Assembly (NCBI RefSeq): GCF_009914755.1
Contig: NC_060932.1
Source of the DNA: the human T2T-CHM13v2.0 reference genome, Homo sapiens
DNA: 64,000 nucleotides
Reading direction: 5' to 3' (one strand)
Of the stretch, positions 45,156-59,070 are shown in pieces. The position numbers were made by a program, and so were the translations under genes. Position 1 is the first letter of the stretch. Every line of letters begins with the position of its first letter. The notes below the pieces were generated by a model. The model was not told the DNA's origin. It saw only the letters and a list, made by a program, of their open reading frames with translations, and searched no databases.

Positions 45156-46235
45156 GATTAGAGGAAACTATTCCACGCATTTGAAAAGCATGAAGAATGA
45201 CCTTGAATCAGAGATACAAATGTTGTTGAATACAGGGAAGTATGATAGTGCTTGCTAACTCCAAACTTTTACTGTAGTTAGGTGCTGTGGTAAAGAGAAG
45301 TGCAGGGTACTTTATGTCCTTGTGGTAATAACTAAGTTGTTTGAAACAGAAGGTCAGTGTCCAGTTTTCTGCAAGACTAGGAATGTATCTAGTTGTATGG
45401 AAGAAGTATAGAATAATAATAGCATAAGCTTTGGAAATAAATAACCCTTACCTCAGGCCCTAATGTTAGCTGTGTAATTTTTTGGTAAGAGTTCTTGACT
45501 TCTCTTATCCTCATTTCCATAAGAGGAAACTGAGACAAATAATAGAACCTAGACTCAAAAGGTTATTTTGCGGATCCAAATACAAAATAGTTTCTTATTC
45601 CATAAATATGTATTCCGTAAGTGTTAACAACAATATACTTTATGGAGATGGAGTCATGTTAAGGTTATGAGATTTTTGACTGCTAATGTACGTGATTGTG
45701 GGAAATGACTTTTACCCCTAAGTCCAATCAAAATGATGAATAGAACAGTTTGAGTTTATATAAACACATCATTAACTCCAGTAATAGAAGCTCAACAGTT
45801 ACATTGAAAAGTCAGCTTATTCTTAAAAAATACTAAAAATGCAGAAAGTTTCTGTAATGACTACATTGAATTTTAAGAAAGGAACATAACAGCCATGATT
45901 TGATAGTCTGTTCCAATCTTTCAAAGAAATAAGAAACTTTTAAAGTGTGAGTAAATGATAATTAAAGGTTATAAATCTTTTGTGACCAGGAAGTAAGTAT
46001 CAAAAGCTACAGCAGATAAATTTAAAATATTCTCAGAAACTAGACTGCATAAGAAAAATGACAAGTAAGTTATTTACTTATTTTTTACATCAGTTGAATT
46101 ATGTATGTTGAATTAATTCACAGGGGTAAACTATAAACTTGGCTTATTACAATGACATTCAAATATTTGAGAAATCCTGGAAAACCAGAGTAGTGACTAA
46201 TTATTAACTTCTTTACCAGACAATGTGTGGCCTGA

Positions 46236-46691
<456 letters not shown>

Positions 46692-46941
46692 TAATTATAT
46701 AAAAAAAGACTTTGATATATTTATCATTTTATCTACCAGTCCATTATACACAGTTTATATTGTACATAACTAAATGATTTTGTACAAATGAAATTGTAAT
46801 ATCCTTTAATGTTACATGTAGCTTACAGACTTGTGAGGGATTGTTTTACCACATATTGAAAACTTTGGCTAAAAATAATTTTGTATTATATGGAAAAGTA
46901 GACTTTTTCAGTTTCTAAAATTTGTCTTAATACTTTCATAG

Positions 46942-47056
46942 GATTTTTTGGAAGTAACCTACCAGATTATCAGAGGTCAGAAATCATGATGTTCATTATG
47001 GGGAAAGTACCTGTCTTTGGAACATCTACCCATACTTTGGATATCAGTCAACTAGG
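46942..47056 (+). CDS. EFR3A: EFR3A exon 11 (115 nt): FFGSNLPDYQRSEIMMFIMGKVPVFGTSTHTLDISQL(G)
   Basis: tttcatag|GA ... AGG|gtatgt; phase 1-2. Confidence 0.96.
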
Positions 47057-47955
47057 GTATGTTCTCAGACTGTAAATTTGAACTTAATCTTGAGTTACAT
47101 TTTATCCTAACGAAATCTAGAAAATGTTAACGTTTTGTTTTTTTTAAAAAATCATTAGTAATAGCATTCCTATGGAAAGCAGTTAGTATTATTATGACAG
47201 TAGATTGCTAAGCAATTGAATTAGCATTTTTAGGCCTTTAGAATCATTTTCAGCTTATAAATTCTCAGATATTTCCATCTTTAGAAATTGTTTGGCCTGG
47301 ACATTGTGTGTGTGCATACACATTTAGGGTAAAGCTTCAAGTTTCCTGTATAAATTTTAAACATTAATGTCAATATATCAGAATTATTGGCTTATTCCTA
47401 GAATTTTAGAACTGAAAGTAATTTTAAAGATTATGTGACCCCCTTATTTTATACATTTAATTGGATTTTATAATATGCTGAAGTTTTTGTTTGTGAATGT
47501 TGTTTTGTTAATTTAATAAGGAAGTAATAGTATCTTATTCGACTTACATTTCTTTGACCATAATTTGTTATTTTTTAAAATTGTTCTTACCTGTTTATTC
47601 ATATTTGTTAAAGAAAGATTATATTCATCAACTATGTAGTAATTATTTTCTCCAATTTAAGGTACCTTAATTTGGGTTGTTTAGTTGTCTGTTTATATGA
47701 TTTAATTTTCTTGTCATCAGATGCATAGGACTGTTTGAGAGCCAATAACAAATTTTTTGTTTGATATTTTTAAATATAATAGTTTTAATTCACGTGAAAT
47801 TTTACTTTGGCATGTGAAGTGAGCCATGACTTAAACTGTTACAAAAATAAAATCTATTTAGCCAATAAGAATAGAATTTTAAAATCAGTAATTGAAGTAA
47901 ATGAAGTAATATAAATGCTAATTAGTATAATAATTCAGCCTTTTGTATATTTTAG

Positions 47956-48007
47956 GGATTTGGGAACCAGGAGAATTCAGATAATGTTGCTGAGATCTTT
48001 GCTTATG
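47956..48007 (+). CDS. EFR3A: EFR3A exon 12 (52 nt): DLGTRRIQIMLLRSLLM
   Basis: ttttag|G ... ATG|gtaagg; phase 2-0. Confidence 0.95.
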
Positions 48008-49416
48008 GTAAGGCATTTAAGACAAATAAAGGACACACTTAACCTTAAATTACTGAAAACATTAATTGAATAGCTTCATGTTACAACCGTTCTTTCTTAA
48101 GTAAGTTACTGTTTATGGTTAGTATTTTATTATGTTCTTCATTTTAAAGATTATCCAATTTTTTTACCGTTTATTTCTCACTTCTTCTGTCACTGTCTTT
48201 GATCTTCATAATGATGAAACATACAGAGGGCAGAAACTATTGCTGTCTTATAGACGAAGATACCTGGGCCCAGAGACTGTGAGTGGAAGGAGTTGATAAG
48301 GTCCACCAAAGTCACTGGGCTAAAAAACAGAACTCAGACTTGAAATCCAAAGTTCTTTCAACATATTATGCTAATTCTTTCTCATACTGACCAAATAATT
48401 GCTTCTGATTGGGAAAATAATTCATTAAAATGAATATTTGCCATTTAAAATTTGAAGTGGCTATAAGTAGCTGAAAAGGAAAAGTATACCCAGAATGAAA
48501 GGTCCTCTGGTTATTGTCTAGCAATTGTACTCATATTTGATTCAGCCATTGCTAGCACATATGCGTCCTCTCAAAATCAGTATCTTTCAGATTTATCCTA
48601 GAAATGTTTACTATACATGATCTAATTTTTTAAACAGACTCTCTCAAGTGCAGAAATACCTTGTGTGGTTGTATTTTTAATTTTTTTTAATTCTGTTTAT
48701 GGCGCTTGTCATTTAGAAGTTTTGAATTCTAATATAGCCAGATTTATCAGTTTTTTCTATATGTTTTGCACTTTTTCATTTGTATCTTATATAAGAACTC
48801 CATTCCTCCTCTGATGATATAAACACATTTGTTTGTATTTTCTTATAGCAGTTTTAAAATTTTAGCTCTCTACATTTAGAACTTTAATCTGAAGTTTATG
48901 TTTATATGTGGTATGAGGCATGGATTTTCCCAGATGGGTAGACAGTTGTCCCACCAGTTTCCCAGCTGACTTATAAAACTATCTCCATCCTATAATAAAT
49001 GCCCAAATGTAAATGTTAAGTATTCCATACATGTTTATAATCCTGAAAATATGTTGAGATCTCCCACCTGCAATTTAATTTGATCCTAAGCCTTTATTTA
49101 TATTAAACAAATTCCCTAAGTAAATTATTTTGCCTTGCCTTTCTGATTATACCATATAGTCAACTGAATATATGTTATGCTTAAAATGTTTAATAGCATT
49201 TAAGTATATTCTCTTTAAAAGTTTTATGTTTAGAAGATATTGACGTACTCTTAAATGTCAAATCAAGTAACTAAGTACAGCTTTCCAAAATGAAAATGTA
49301 TTCCTGTTAACCAACTGCCTAATTTAAAATGAAAGAATAATTTGCAAACTTAAATTTAAAATTTGCAGGTCTTACTTTTACTCTTTGTCACCTAAGCTCC
49401 TTATATCTGTTTTGTA

Positions 49417-49562
49417 CTAACCTTAACCTCTCTGTGCCTCAGTTTCTCCTTATGAATGGCGATTCACTAGTGTCTACCTTACAGGGATATGGTGAGGACA
49501 AAGTTAATACATATGCAGTGCTTAGAATCATGCCTAACACATGGTAAATGTGTGCTATTATT
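49417..49562 (+). mobile_element. MIR
   Basis: cttaacctctctgtgcctcagtttctcc...gtgcttagaatcatgcctaacacatggtaa. Confidence 0.8.
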
Positions 49563-49761
49563 AACTTTATTTTTCTTATGAATGATGTTTTTGTAAATTC
49601 AGCAAAATCCTTCATTACTTTGCACATTTCTTTTATGTCTTTTCTCCAGGCTTCTGTCCATATTTTCTTTCCTAAGTTTATGGTTCTTATAAAAGAATAT
49701 GAGAATTTTACAAAAAAAGGACTCATGACAAAAGGTTGTTTGTTTTCTTCTCGATAATCAG

Positions 49762-49934
49762 GTGACCTCTGGATATAAAGCGAAGACGATTGTTACTGCA
49801 CTGCCAGGGTCTTTCCTGGATCCTTTGTTATCACCATCTCTCATGGAGGACTACGAACTGAGACAGTTGGTCTTGGAAGTAATGCATAATCTCATGGATC
49901 GTCATGACAATAGGGCAAAGCTTCGAGGGATCAG
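49762..49934 (+). CDS. EFR3A: EFR3A exon 13 (173 nt): VTSGYKAKTIVTALPGSFLDPLLSPSLMEDYELRQLVLEVMHNLMDRHDNRAKLRGI(R)
   Basis: ataatcag|GTG ... CAG|gtaatg; phase 0-2. Confidence 0.96.
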
Positions 49935-50260
49935 GTAATGTGCCATTTTGAAATGGATCTAATGATAATGTTTTTAAATTGCTAAATTAGTGTATTTAAG
50001 TATTGTGATTTTTAAAAATCTAGCATGTTCAGGTTTTATTAATCCATAATTTTATTTAATTGGTATTGAGATAATTTAATCAATATGTTTTAAGATAACA
50101 AATTTTTGGAGGGCACGTATGTACTCTTCAGAAGCAATTCAGTAGTATCATTACATACAGGCTTATCAAACTCCTAAGTATAAATACAATTTTCCATATA
50201 AGATGTGATATTGTAAATAAGTGTGCTATTCATTAAAAATGATATATTGATCGTCTCTAG

Positions 50261-50336
50261 AATAATACCGGATGTAGCTGACCTAAAGATAAAAAGAGAA
50301 AAAATTTGCAGACAAGACACAAGTTTCATGAAAAAG
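50261..50336 (+). CDS. EFR3A: EFR3A exon 14 (76 nt): IIPDVADLKIKREKICRQDTSFMKK
   Basis: gtctctag|A ... AAG|gtaaga; phase 2-0. Confidence 0.95.
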
Positions 50337-51430
50337 GTAAGACATCTTCTAAAAAAATAAATGTGTAGTGTAAATTACAGCCGTTTGAATTGTTAGGTGG
50401 TTTTATATTGATCTGTGCCCTTGAAATTAAGCCATAGAATTTTGAATTTGAAAGACCTCAAGACGCCATCTTCAGCCTCCCTCAAGTGTAACATTCCTGT
50501 CGGTGTCTCCTCCAGCCTGTATTTGAGCATTCTATTGTTGGGCTGCTGTAGTAGTTCTAAATTTCTTCTCTGAGTAAAATGTCTTCCTATAATTCTTGCC
50601 CTGGCAGTCCTCTCCCACTAAAAACACACGTACTGATTCCTCTTTTAGCAGCTCTTTTATATAGACAGCTTCAAGTTTCTGAAAATAGCTATCACCATCA
50701 AATAAATTAACTATGGTGAGTTTTTGCTGTCTTATTAGACATTGTTTTCTACACTATTTGGGATATAAAGATGAGTTGGGCAGGATCTCTGCCCCAATAA
50801 TGGTTTTAGCTGGATTTTCATGATGATAATTTAAATTCTGTAGATCTACTGGCAAATGGCTGAATTTAGAAGATTATGATATTTATGGTTATTTGCATAT
50901 TGAGTAAACTTTCTGTGCGGTTATTATTCGTCCAAAGCTTGGGCACCTAATATTTGCTATACACTGAGTCAATATTAAGAGATACGATAACCATGACACT
51001 GCCAGCTGCCCTTATAACGAACACAGTATTGCCAGCTAAGGGAGCCTGTTTTTAGAGGTGTGAGGAAAAGGAGACAGAGCCCCGTAGGAAGCTAGGTGTA
51101 GAGACCCGTAATCCATGTTCTTTTTTGCCTCTTTACTAGACCATGCTTTCTCCCTGACACTGTCTTTAATGTTTCTGTCTTTACCATTACTATTGATTGC
51201 TGTGTTTCAAGTTAACTCCATTTTAAAACTTCATTTAAAAAATAATTTACAAAATATCACTCTTCCTAAATTAATGTGATTCCTTGAATAAAATATTTAA
51301 ATGAGGCTATACTGTATATCAAAAAACTGGTTAATAAATAGGACAGATACATTAATTCCTCTCAATTTTTATTTTTGTATTTCTTTATATCACCTAACTA
51401 ATGAATTCTGCATAACTGAGGAACCTCAAA

Positions 51431-51931
51431 CAATTTTTTAAAATATTTTTTATTGACATTATAATTATATACATTTATGGGATATAATATGTTTTGATTA
51501 TATGTATATAATGTGGAAAGTTTAAATCCAGCTAATTAACATATCCATTTTCTTGCTTACCTATCTTGTTTTATGGTGACATACTTGAAATTTACTCTCT
51601 TAGTTATTTTGAAATATACAATACACTATTATTGACTATAGTCACCCTGCTGTGCAGTAGATCTCAAAACTTAACTCCTTCTATCTGTCTGAAACCTTGT
51701 AACCTTTGATCAATAATCTCTCCATACCCTCCTCCTCGCTTTCAGGCCCCAGCTCTTGCTAACCACCATTCTCTACTTCTGTGAGTTCAACTCTTTTAAA
51801 TTCCACATATAAGTGAGATTATGCAGTATTTCTTGTGACTGACTTGTTTGACCTAGCATAATGTCCTCCAGGTTCATCCATATTGTCAAAAATGAAAGAA
51901 TTTTCCTCTAGTGTAAGGCTGAATAGTATTT

Positions 51932-51969
<38 letters not shown>

Positions 51970-52020
51970 TACATTTTCTTTATCCATTCATCTGTTGATG
52001 GACACTTAGGCTGATTCCGT
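51431..52020 (-). mobile_element. L1MA 3' end, antisense, containing (TA)n at 51938-51962
   Basis: tatagtcaccctgctgtgcagtagatct, gataagtgagattatgcagt-like motifs; candidate TSD actgaggaa at 51415 and 52021. Confidence 0.82.
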
Positions 52021-52959
52021 ACTGAGGAATTTTAAATCATTACTGATATAATGAATTTTGTAAACTCAATTTATAACTAATTTTTGAGTTTTTGACTTTA
52101 TGCAATGACATTAAACAGTCATGAACATTGAGACTGGATTTCATTTTATCCATTATAAGTTATAGAAATAATACTTCTGTTTATTTTGCTAGTCAACCAA
52201 TTTGAAAAGCTGTAATTTAACGGCAAGATTAGACTATTATTTCATGTTAGATTTTGAATCCTTAAACTGTTCTCAGAATTAGTTATTCCTCTGTTTTATA
52301 ATTTAAAGTAACTTTCCTTGCTAAGCATTTGTTGTCATTAATGTAAACCATTCCTTTTTGGGTCTTTCTCTTTAGAAGCAATGTGTTCACACTTTTTTTC
52401 CTTTGTCAAAATTTTATTTTTATAATTTGACACCATTTTTCATTTACCTTCCAATTTGTTTTATGAGTAAAAATGTTGTTTGATTTTCATATGAAACCTT
52501 AACTAGCAACTCAGATAAGTTTCTGCAAAGAACTAAAGAAAAAAAATTGGGTTCTGTAGGCACAGGATGATGGACTGGCCTTTAGTTAAGAGAATCCTAG
52601 TTTAGCATAGACAGTATATTTTCTATATTAACTTTGTTCAGGCAACTGTGTCTTAAATTACTACCCAGCCTAAAACTACTCCATCTGAATGTTTTAGGGG
52701 CATCTTATATACGGAGTCTGTTTGAAAAACGGTTCCAGGGCTGGAACCCCTTATACATTGGGAGGTATCACTTCACCTGTAATTTCCTAGTGAAGCGTAT
52801 TCTTCCAGAGAAAATAGCTGCCACCACTGAGTCTACAACTCACTATATAGTTTCTCACCATGTGAAAAAGCTCTTGTTAATGTTTCACCTAATCAAGGAA
52901 TTATGTCAAAAAGAGTACTTTTTATTATGAAATATAAAATACATGGGAATTATTACTTT

Positions 52960-53550
52960 AATTATTTTAAGGTGAACAACAGTATAACCAAAAGCATCCC
53001 ACATGTTCTGTCTTCTTCATAACTCCATCCTCTCCCCTACAGGTAATCACTATCATTGCTCTGACTTTGATGGAAATTGACTCTTTCAAATTTTTTTTAC
53101 AGTTTGATAACCTAAATATACATTATGTCCTTGAACTATATTGTTTAGTTTTGCCAGTTTTTGTAATTTGGGTGAAAGGAACCATACATTGTGTATTCTT
53201 TTAAGTTTAGGTTTTTTTTAATTCAGCTCTATTTTGGTAAAATTCATCTGCGTGTGGCTTCGATAGTATTCCATGATATGAATATACCACAAGTTTTCTT
53301 TTGTTGTCAGACATTTGAATTCTTTCCAGTTAGTGAGTGTTATGAACTGTGCTCCTAAAAACATGCTTGTACACATGTTGTGCTGTATATAACTCCCATT
53401 TCTCCAAGGCCTGTAAGAGAGGAATTGCTGAGTAATAGGTTATGTATTCTTCAGATTCACTAGATAATGCCATACCAATTTGTAAAGTTATTATACCTAT
53501 TTGTATTTTTACATTACATATTACAAATTTTTTATTTCATCTAATATGGT
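52960..53550 (-). mobile_element. L1ME-like fragment, antisense (approximate)
   Basis: ggtaatcactatc, aattcatctgcgtgtggc, tagtattccatgatatgaatataccacaa, ggaattgctgagt. Confidence 0.6.
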
Positions 53551-54132
53551 GACTATGTAGTAGGTAATTTTTAAAAACAAACTTGAATTACTTAAGGAAC
53601 TTGAAGTCTAAATTATCACGTATGTATGCACCACTTTAATGTTTGTTAATGATGTTTAGAACCATAGAATTCAAGAATATTCTGAGGTTTTGAGAGGACC
53701 CAATGCATAGTTTTTTTTACCCCACCCAAGTATAGAAACCTTATGTGTTTGAGAGAGAGAAAGAACGAGAGAGACAAACTCTAGATTCAGAAAGGTGGAA
53801 ACCAAAATAACAACTTCAGAAATAAAGGAATCTGGTGGGTAGCTTTATGTCTGTAGCCAAAAAAGGCTTACTAACACTGTAACACACATTTAAGCTGACT
53901 TAACCAGTCAGTCATTGTCACAGCTGGAGAACTATAGGCCTCCTTACGGGGATGGGACCTCAGTGCATATTAAATAGAGAACAGAGCAGAATGCATACTT
54001 GTTACAGACATACTGGCTTCAGAAGAGTCTGTGCTGTTCTCGCCCAGTTTCTTCTCCTAAAATGATCAGAAGAACCTTCTGAGAAACAGGCTTGGAATAT
54101 TAAGCCTAAAGTCTCTCCACATGGGAAAAAAT

Positions 54133-54335
54133 GAGTGTTCTTAACCCTGCCTGCCTATTATAACCACATGGGGAGCTTTATACTTGAAAAATACTGATGC
54201 TTGTGCTTTGCCACTGACCAGTTACATCATATTGGAGGAGGGTGGACAGTAGTGAGAAGTGGGGAGGGCAAGAGCATGGTGGTCATTCCAGTTGTCCAGT
54301 GATTCCAGCGGGCAGTTAGAGTTGAGAGCTAATTG
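54133..54335 (+). mobile_element. MER5A1-like hAT MITE (degenerate)
   Basis: gttcttaaccctgcctgc...ggggagcttt...aaaaatactgatgc. Confidence 0.6.
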
Positions 54336-55055
54336 AGTTAATGTCGCCATTGTGACTGGATGTGGCATTGCACCTGTATCCAGGAATGCTTTAGAAAGGA
54401 AAGGCTTTAATAATCTTTATTATAATAATAAATAATAAATCTTTATTATAATAATCTTTACTTAGATCAGTCTAGTTTAGGGGAAACCTCTGTGCAATAC
54501 CTGGGGAGTTTCTATAACCTCTTCTCTGTTAATAGGCTTTAGACTCGCCTTCAGGGACTCCATGCCAAAATGTAACAGAACCTGCAGATGCTCTTCTCTG
54601 TACGGCTAACCCACAGCACAGGGATTGTTCCCCAGTCAAGAGAGCCTCAGTACATTTCCTCTCAGTACAATAATCTTTATCATTGCTGAGGCTGTATTGC
54701 CAAAGTGTCTCAGGATTCTGCCATCCATTTCACTTTTTTTCTCAAGTCAATCCATAATTTGCTTTTGTTTTTTCAAATTACTATTAAAAAACATTTTCAT
54801 TGTTAGCACAGGAACTATTTTTTACTGGTTATTTTTATTTAAGGTTTGTCTTCAACTTTAACATTAGTTTGTAGTTGTATATTAGCATGTTGTTTGATAT
54901 TTATAATTGAAATTTGACTATCTGATCAACTTAAATTTCATTTCCATGTTAAGCTATATAATAACATAGCTACACTGTAAAAGTATATGCATGTGAAATC
55001 TGCCTTTTCTACATTTTAAGCAAAATTATCTTTGTCCTCTGTCTTTTCTCCTCAG

Positions 55056-55217
55056 AATGGGCAACAGCTGTATCGGCACATATATTTGGGTTGTAAAGAG
55101 GAAGACAACGTTCAGAAAAACTATGAACTACTTTATACTTCTCTTGCTCTTATAACTATTGAACTGGCTAATGAAGAAGTAGTTATTGATCTCATTCGAC
55201 TGGCCATTGCTTTACAG
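55056..55217 (+). CDS. EFR3A: EFR3A exon 15 (162 nt): NGQQLYRHIYLGCKEEDNVQKNYELLYTSLALITIELANEEVVIDLIRLAIALQ
   Basis: ttctcctcag|AAT ... CAG|gtatgc; phase 0-0. Confidence 0.96.
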
Positions 55218-55845
55218 GTATGCTTTCATAACCGTTCACTGCAGAAAACATTTTTTATAAAGCAGACAACATCTTTGAAATGTTGCCGTTATCCAAGGAC
55301 ATGAATTTTAAAAGGGAGGTATCTAGTTGTAAATCTAAAATACTCAAGACTATGACTACATTCTTCATTTATTCCTTTTACATATGTTGCATGAGCATCA
55401 ACTGGTGTGCTAAATATCCTTCAAGGCCATAGGGATATAGTGTGATGAAGCAGACAAACATAGTCCCTGTATCCACACTTCCTACACTGGGGGGGATAGT
55501 CATTAAATAAGAATGACATACATGCAGTTGTTTAATTAGAGTTGCGTAAGTGTTATGTAATAGAAGGACAGTATGCAATGGCCATATATGCATGTCCGTG
55601 TGTGTGTGTATATATATATGAGAACAGGAAAGGCTTTCCTAGGGAAGAGAGTTTAAGTTGGAAAAATTAACTCTCTTGTAAAAGAACATTTGTTTTCCTT
55701 TCAGAATTGTTTTAGAAAATAACTTCTGATAAAGTGGCATTTTTGTTAGCTTTCCAAACTACCTGCAGTTTTCCAGTGTAATCAGAGAAAATGCTGGTGA
55801 AGTATAAGAACTTGATCTCTCTGATGTGTTTGTTTCTTATTAAAG

Positions 55846-55977
55846 GACAGTGCAATTATCAATGAGGATAATTTGCCAATGTTCCATCGTTGTGGAATCA
55901 TGGCACTGGTTGCAGCATACCTCAACTTTGTAAGTCAGATGATAGCTGTCCCTGCATTTTGCCAGCATGTTAGCAAG
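55846..55977 (+). CDS. EFR3A: EFR3A exon 16 (132 nt): DSAIINEDNLPMFHRCGIMALVAAYLNFVSQMIAVPAFCQHVSK
   Basis: ttattaaag|GAC (AAG acceptor) ... AAG|gtaatg; phase 0-0. Confidence 0.94.
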
Positions 55978-57110
55978 GTAATGTATTTAGAAAAGTCCTT
56001 AAACTTGAATTTTGTACAAAATTGCTAATTTTATTCCAGTGATGATTATTTTTAACTTTGGTGATTACGTATCAAATTAAGGTAATTCTATAAAAATCTA
56101 CAGCCAGTAAACTGAAACTACAGCTAAAACTGTAGCTACTGTTTTTATATTTTCTTAGATGCATGTTGTTTTATTATAATAGTTTAATGTAGTGGTTGAA
56201 TGGAATATGTGGTTTTCTTCTAGAATACCTTATGTGATTTATTCTATGACTTTTTTCCTTTGAACCCTTATGACTCTTAGTATGTAAATTTTCTTAAATT
56301 ATACTCTTTTGTTGTTTATTCTAAACTACTTGAGGCAGATCTCAAAAGTTGAATAATTACTGTGCATCTCAGAGAATTGTCTTGTGTCTTTCAAATATAT
56401 TTAGTTGTCTTTAGCAGTAACTCTTACATGGTTATTTGCATGACTTAATAAACATTTCAATGCCCCCAAGTTACCTAGCAGAAAAAGTCCACTTTTAAAG
56501 ACATCTGTAAGAGAGAACTTTATTTTTCTTAAATTGGAAGCACATCATTTAGTCCTTGCTAAAATGTAGACTTGTAGTGTACTCTAAGAAACAAAACTCA
56601 TCCATTCATTAATCAGACATTTGAGTGAATATTTGATGCCCACCACTAGAGAAGTAAATACTACAAAAGCAGAGTACCTCTTTGCTCACAGTTCATTGGA
56701 GGAGCCAGTCCACACAAGTGCCTGGAGACCTTGTACACAGGCTGCAAAAGGTAATGCAGCAGGTGGAGGATGGTGATTTGTAAAGCGATTTCCAAAATAG
56801 TGCATTTGAGAAAATAGATATTCTTGCTTTATTATAATAGGCTTAATCAAATGTAATGTGTCATCATTTTTTGCTTTATATATTATTTTATTGTCACAGT
56901 TTTATCTGTTAAATTTTAAAAATAATAGATGTGAAAACAAAACAAACTTTACATTTGGGCTGTAAACTTAGCTTAAATTCAAAAACAAAGTGATGTTATT
57001 TCTTATAAATGTTTAAAGTTGTTTTTTTTTAAGCTGTTTTCTGAATTTTTATAGCAAGGTACTGAGGGGTAGGGTTTTTGATTTTTGTTCTGTTTTTGAA
57101 TATTTTTTAG

Positions 57111-57178
57111 GTTATTGAAATTCGAACTATGGAAGCCCCTTATTTTCTACCAGAGCATATCTTCAGAGATAAGTGCAT
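57111..57178 (+). CDS. EFR3A: EFR3A exon 17 (68 nt): VIEIRTMEAPYFLPEHIFRDKC(M)
   Basis: ttttttag|GTT ... CAT|gtatgt; phase 0-2. Confidence 0.95.
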
Positions 57179-57418
57179 GTATGTTAATTCTTTACATTTT
57201 AAGGATGGGGTACTGACTTGATAAACCCATCAGTAATAATTATAAAGGAGTAAATATTGTTACAATAATTCCTGGTGCTTTATACTAATCATCATTTTGT
57301 GTCTGTCATTTAATTCATTTAATTATTTCCCTTGTTATAAAAGGGCCTGCACATTATGGATGTTGACTTATGCACAACATGGAGTCAATCTTGAAAAAAT
57401 TTTTTAAGAATAAGACTT

Positions 57419-57772
<354 letters not shown>

Positions 57773-58491
57773 TTAAATATAGCATATTTTATGTTCTCAT
57801 ATGTAAATGATCAAACCTTTAAGAGAGTACAGTATCCTGTTGAAGACGTTCAGTAATAGGTAACAATACTCAAAATATTGTGGAAGAAAGAATGTATTAA
57901 GGAAAATCCGTGTTATTTCCTGCATTATTTCTTGTTCTCTAAAGAAAAGTATATATATGAATAATATTTTGTTTGAACTTTTGGGCTATAAAAGCAGTTT
58001 ATTTTGAAAGCATCAGCGTAAGATAATATCAAGCAGTTTGCAAGGAAAGTGAAACCTTATGTGGGTGGGCAAGTACTTCCTTACACTTAGCTGGCTAATG
58101 TGGTTTTCATTAACAATCAGTGGGCTAATGATTTTTTTTTTATTTTGTCTCTCAGTACACTTTTTAATTAACATGACAATAAAAGCTACATTTAGTGTTC
58201 TTTATTACTTAACAAGTAAAGATCAACAGAGTAATACAAGGCTGAATTCACTATTGGAATGTTACTGAGAGAAGAATCACTGCAGAATGGTTAATATATG
58301 GGACCACATACTGTGTGTTTTTAAAGAGCTCAAATTAGTTGCCTAAAATATACTGATTTTTCTGCTACTACAGTTTACATTGTGTTTATATTTAGAATAT
58401 TGAGGCTTTTGCTCTGGAATGTTTTGCATAGTAACTTATTTTTGCTCAGTAATTTAATACTGAATGATTGTTGTTTTGATGAACTTCGCAG

Positions 58492-58619
58492 GCTTCCAAA
58501 ATCTTTAGAGAAGCATGAAAAAGATTTGTACTTTCTGACCAACAAGATTGCAGAGTCGCTAGGTGGAAGTGGATATAGTGTTGAGAGATTGTCAGTTCCG
58601 TATGTACCACAAGTAACAG
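58492..58619 (+). CDS. EFR3A: EFR3A exon 18 (128 nt): LPKSLEKHEKDLYFLTNKIAESLGGSGYSVERLSVPYVPQVT(D)
   Basis: cttcgcag|G ... CAG|gtaaga; phase 2-1. Confidence 0.95.
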
Positions 58620-59070
58620 GTAAGAGGAGGATAATTAGAACTTTCACTCTGGTGATTGCTTATGTTATAGTAAATTTTTCATTACCCAGTTAACAATGAA
58701 AATTAATTCTGGTGTGTGTCCTTACTATAGCCCAGCCATTTTCAAATGCTTAAGAGTATTTACTTCTGTTTTTTAATTTTGCTATTGAAAACCTTCAGTA
58801 AATCTCTAACGACATAGATATGATTTTACCAGGAGCAAATCAAGTCCTTGAATATTTATTGTTACAATACTTAATATTTTATTTAATAGTATATTTTAAA
58901 GTGAGATCTTTTCTCATTAAATGATATTCTATTTAAGTTATGGAAATTGATGAAAATTGTTTAATGATAAGTGATTATTTAGGTTAATGAATTAGGCAAC
59001 TTTCGTTATTTGAAAGAGTACAGACTTGTTATATAAATAAAACTACAAACTTTTTGAGTTAGGAATTTTT

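Noticed and set aside
54410-54460. Repeated aatctttattataataat units, superficially array-like
   Set aside because: Two AT-rich slippage copies without unique spacers; not CRISPR, and the DNA is eukaryotic
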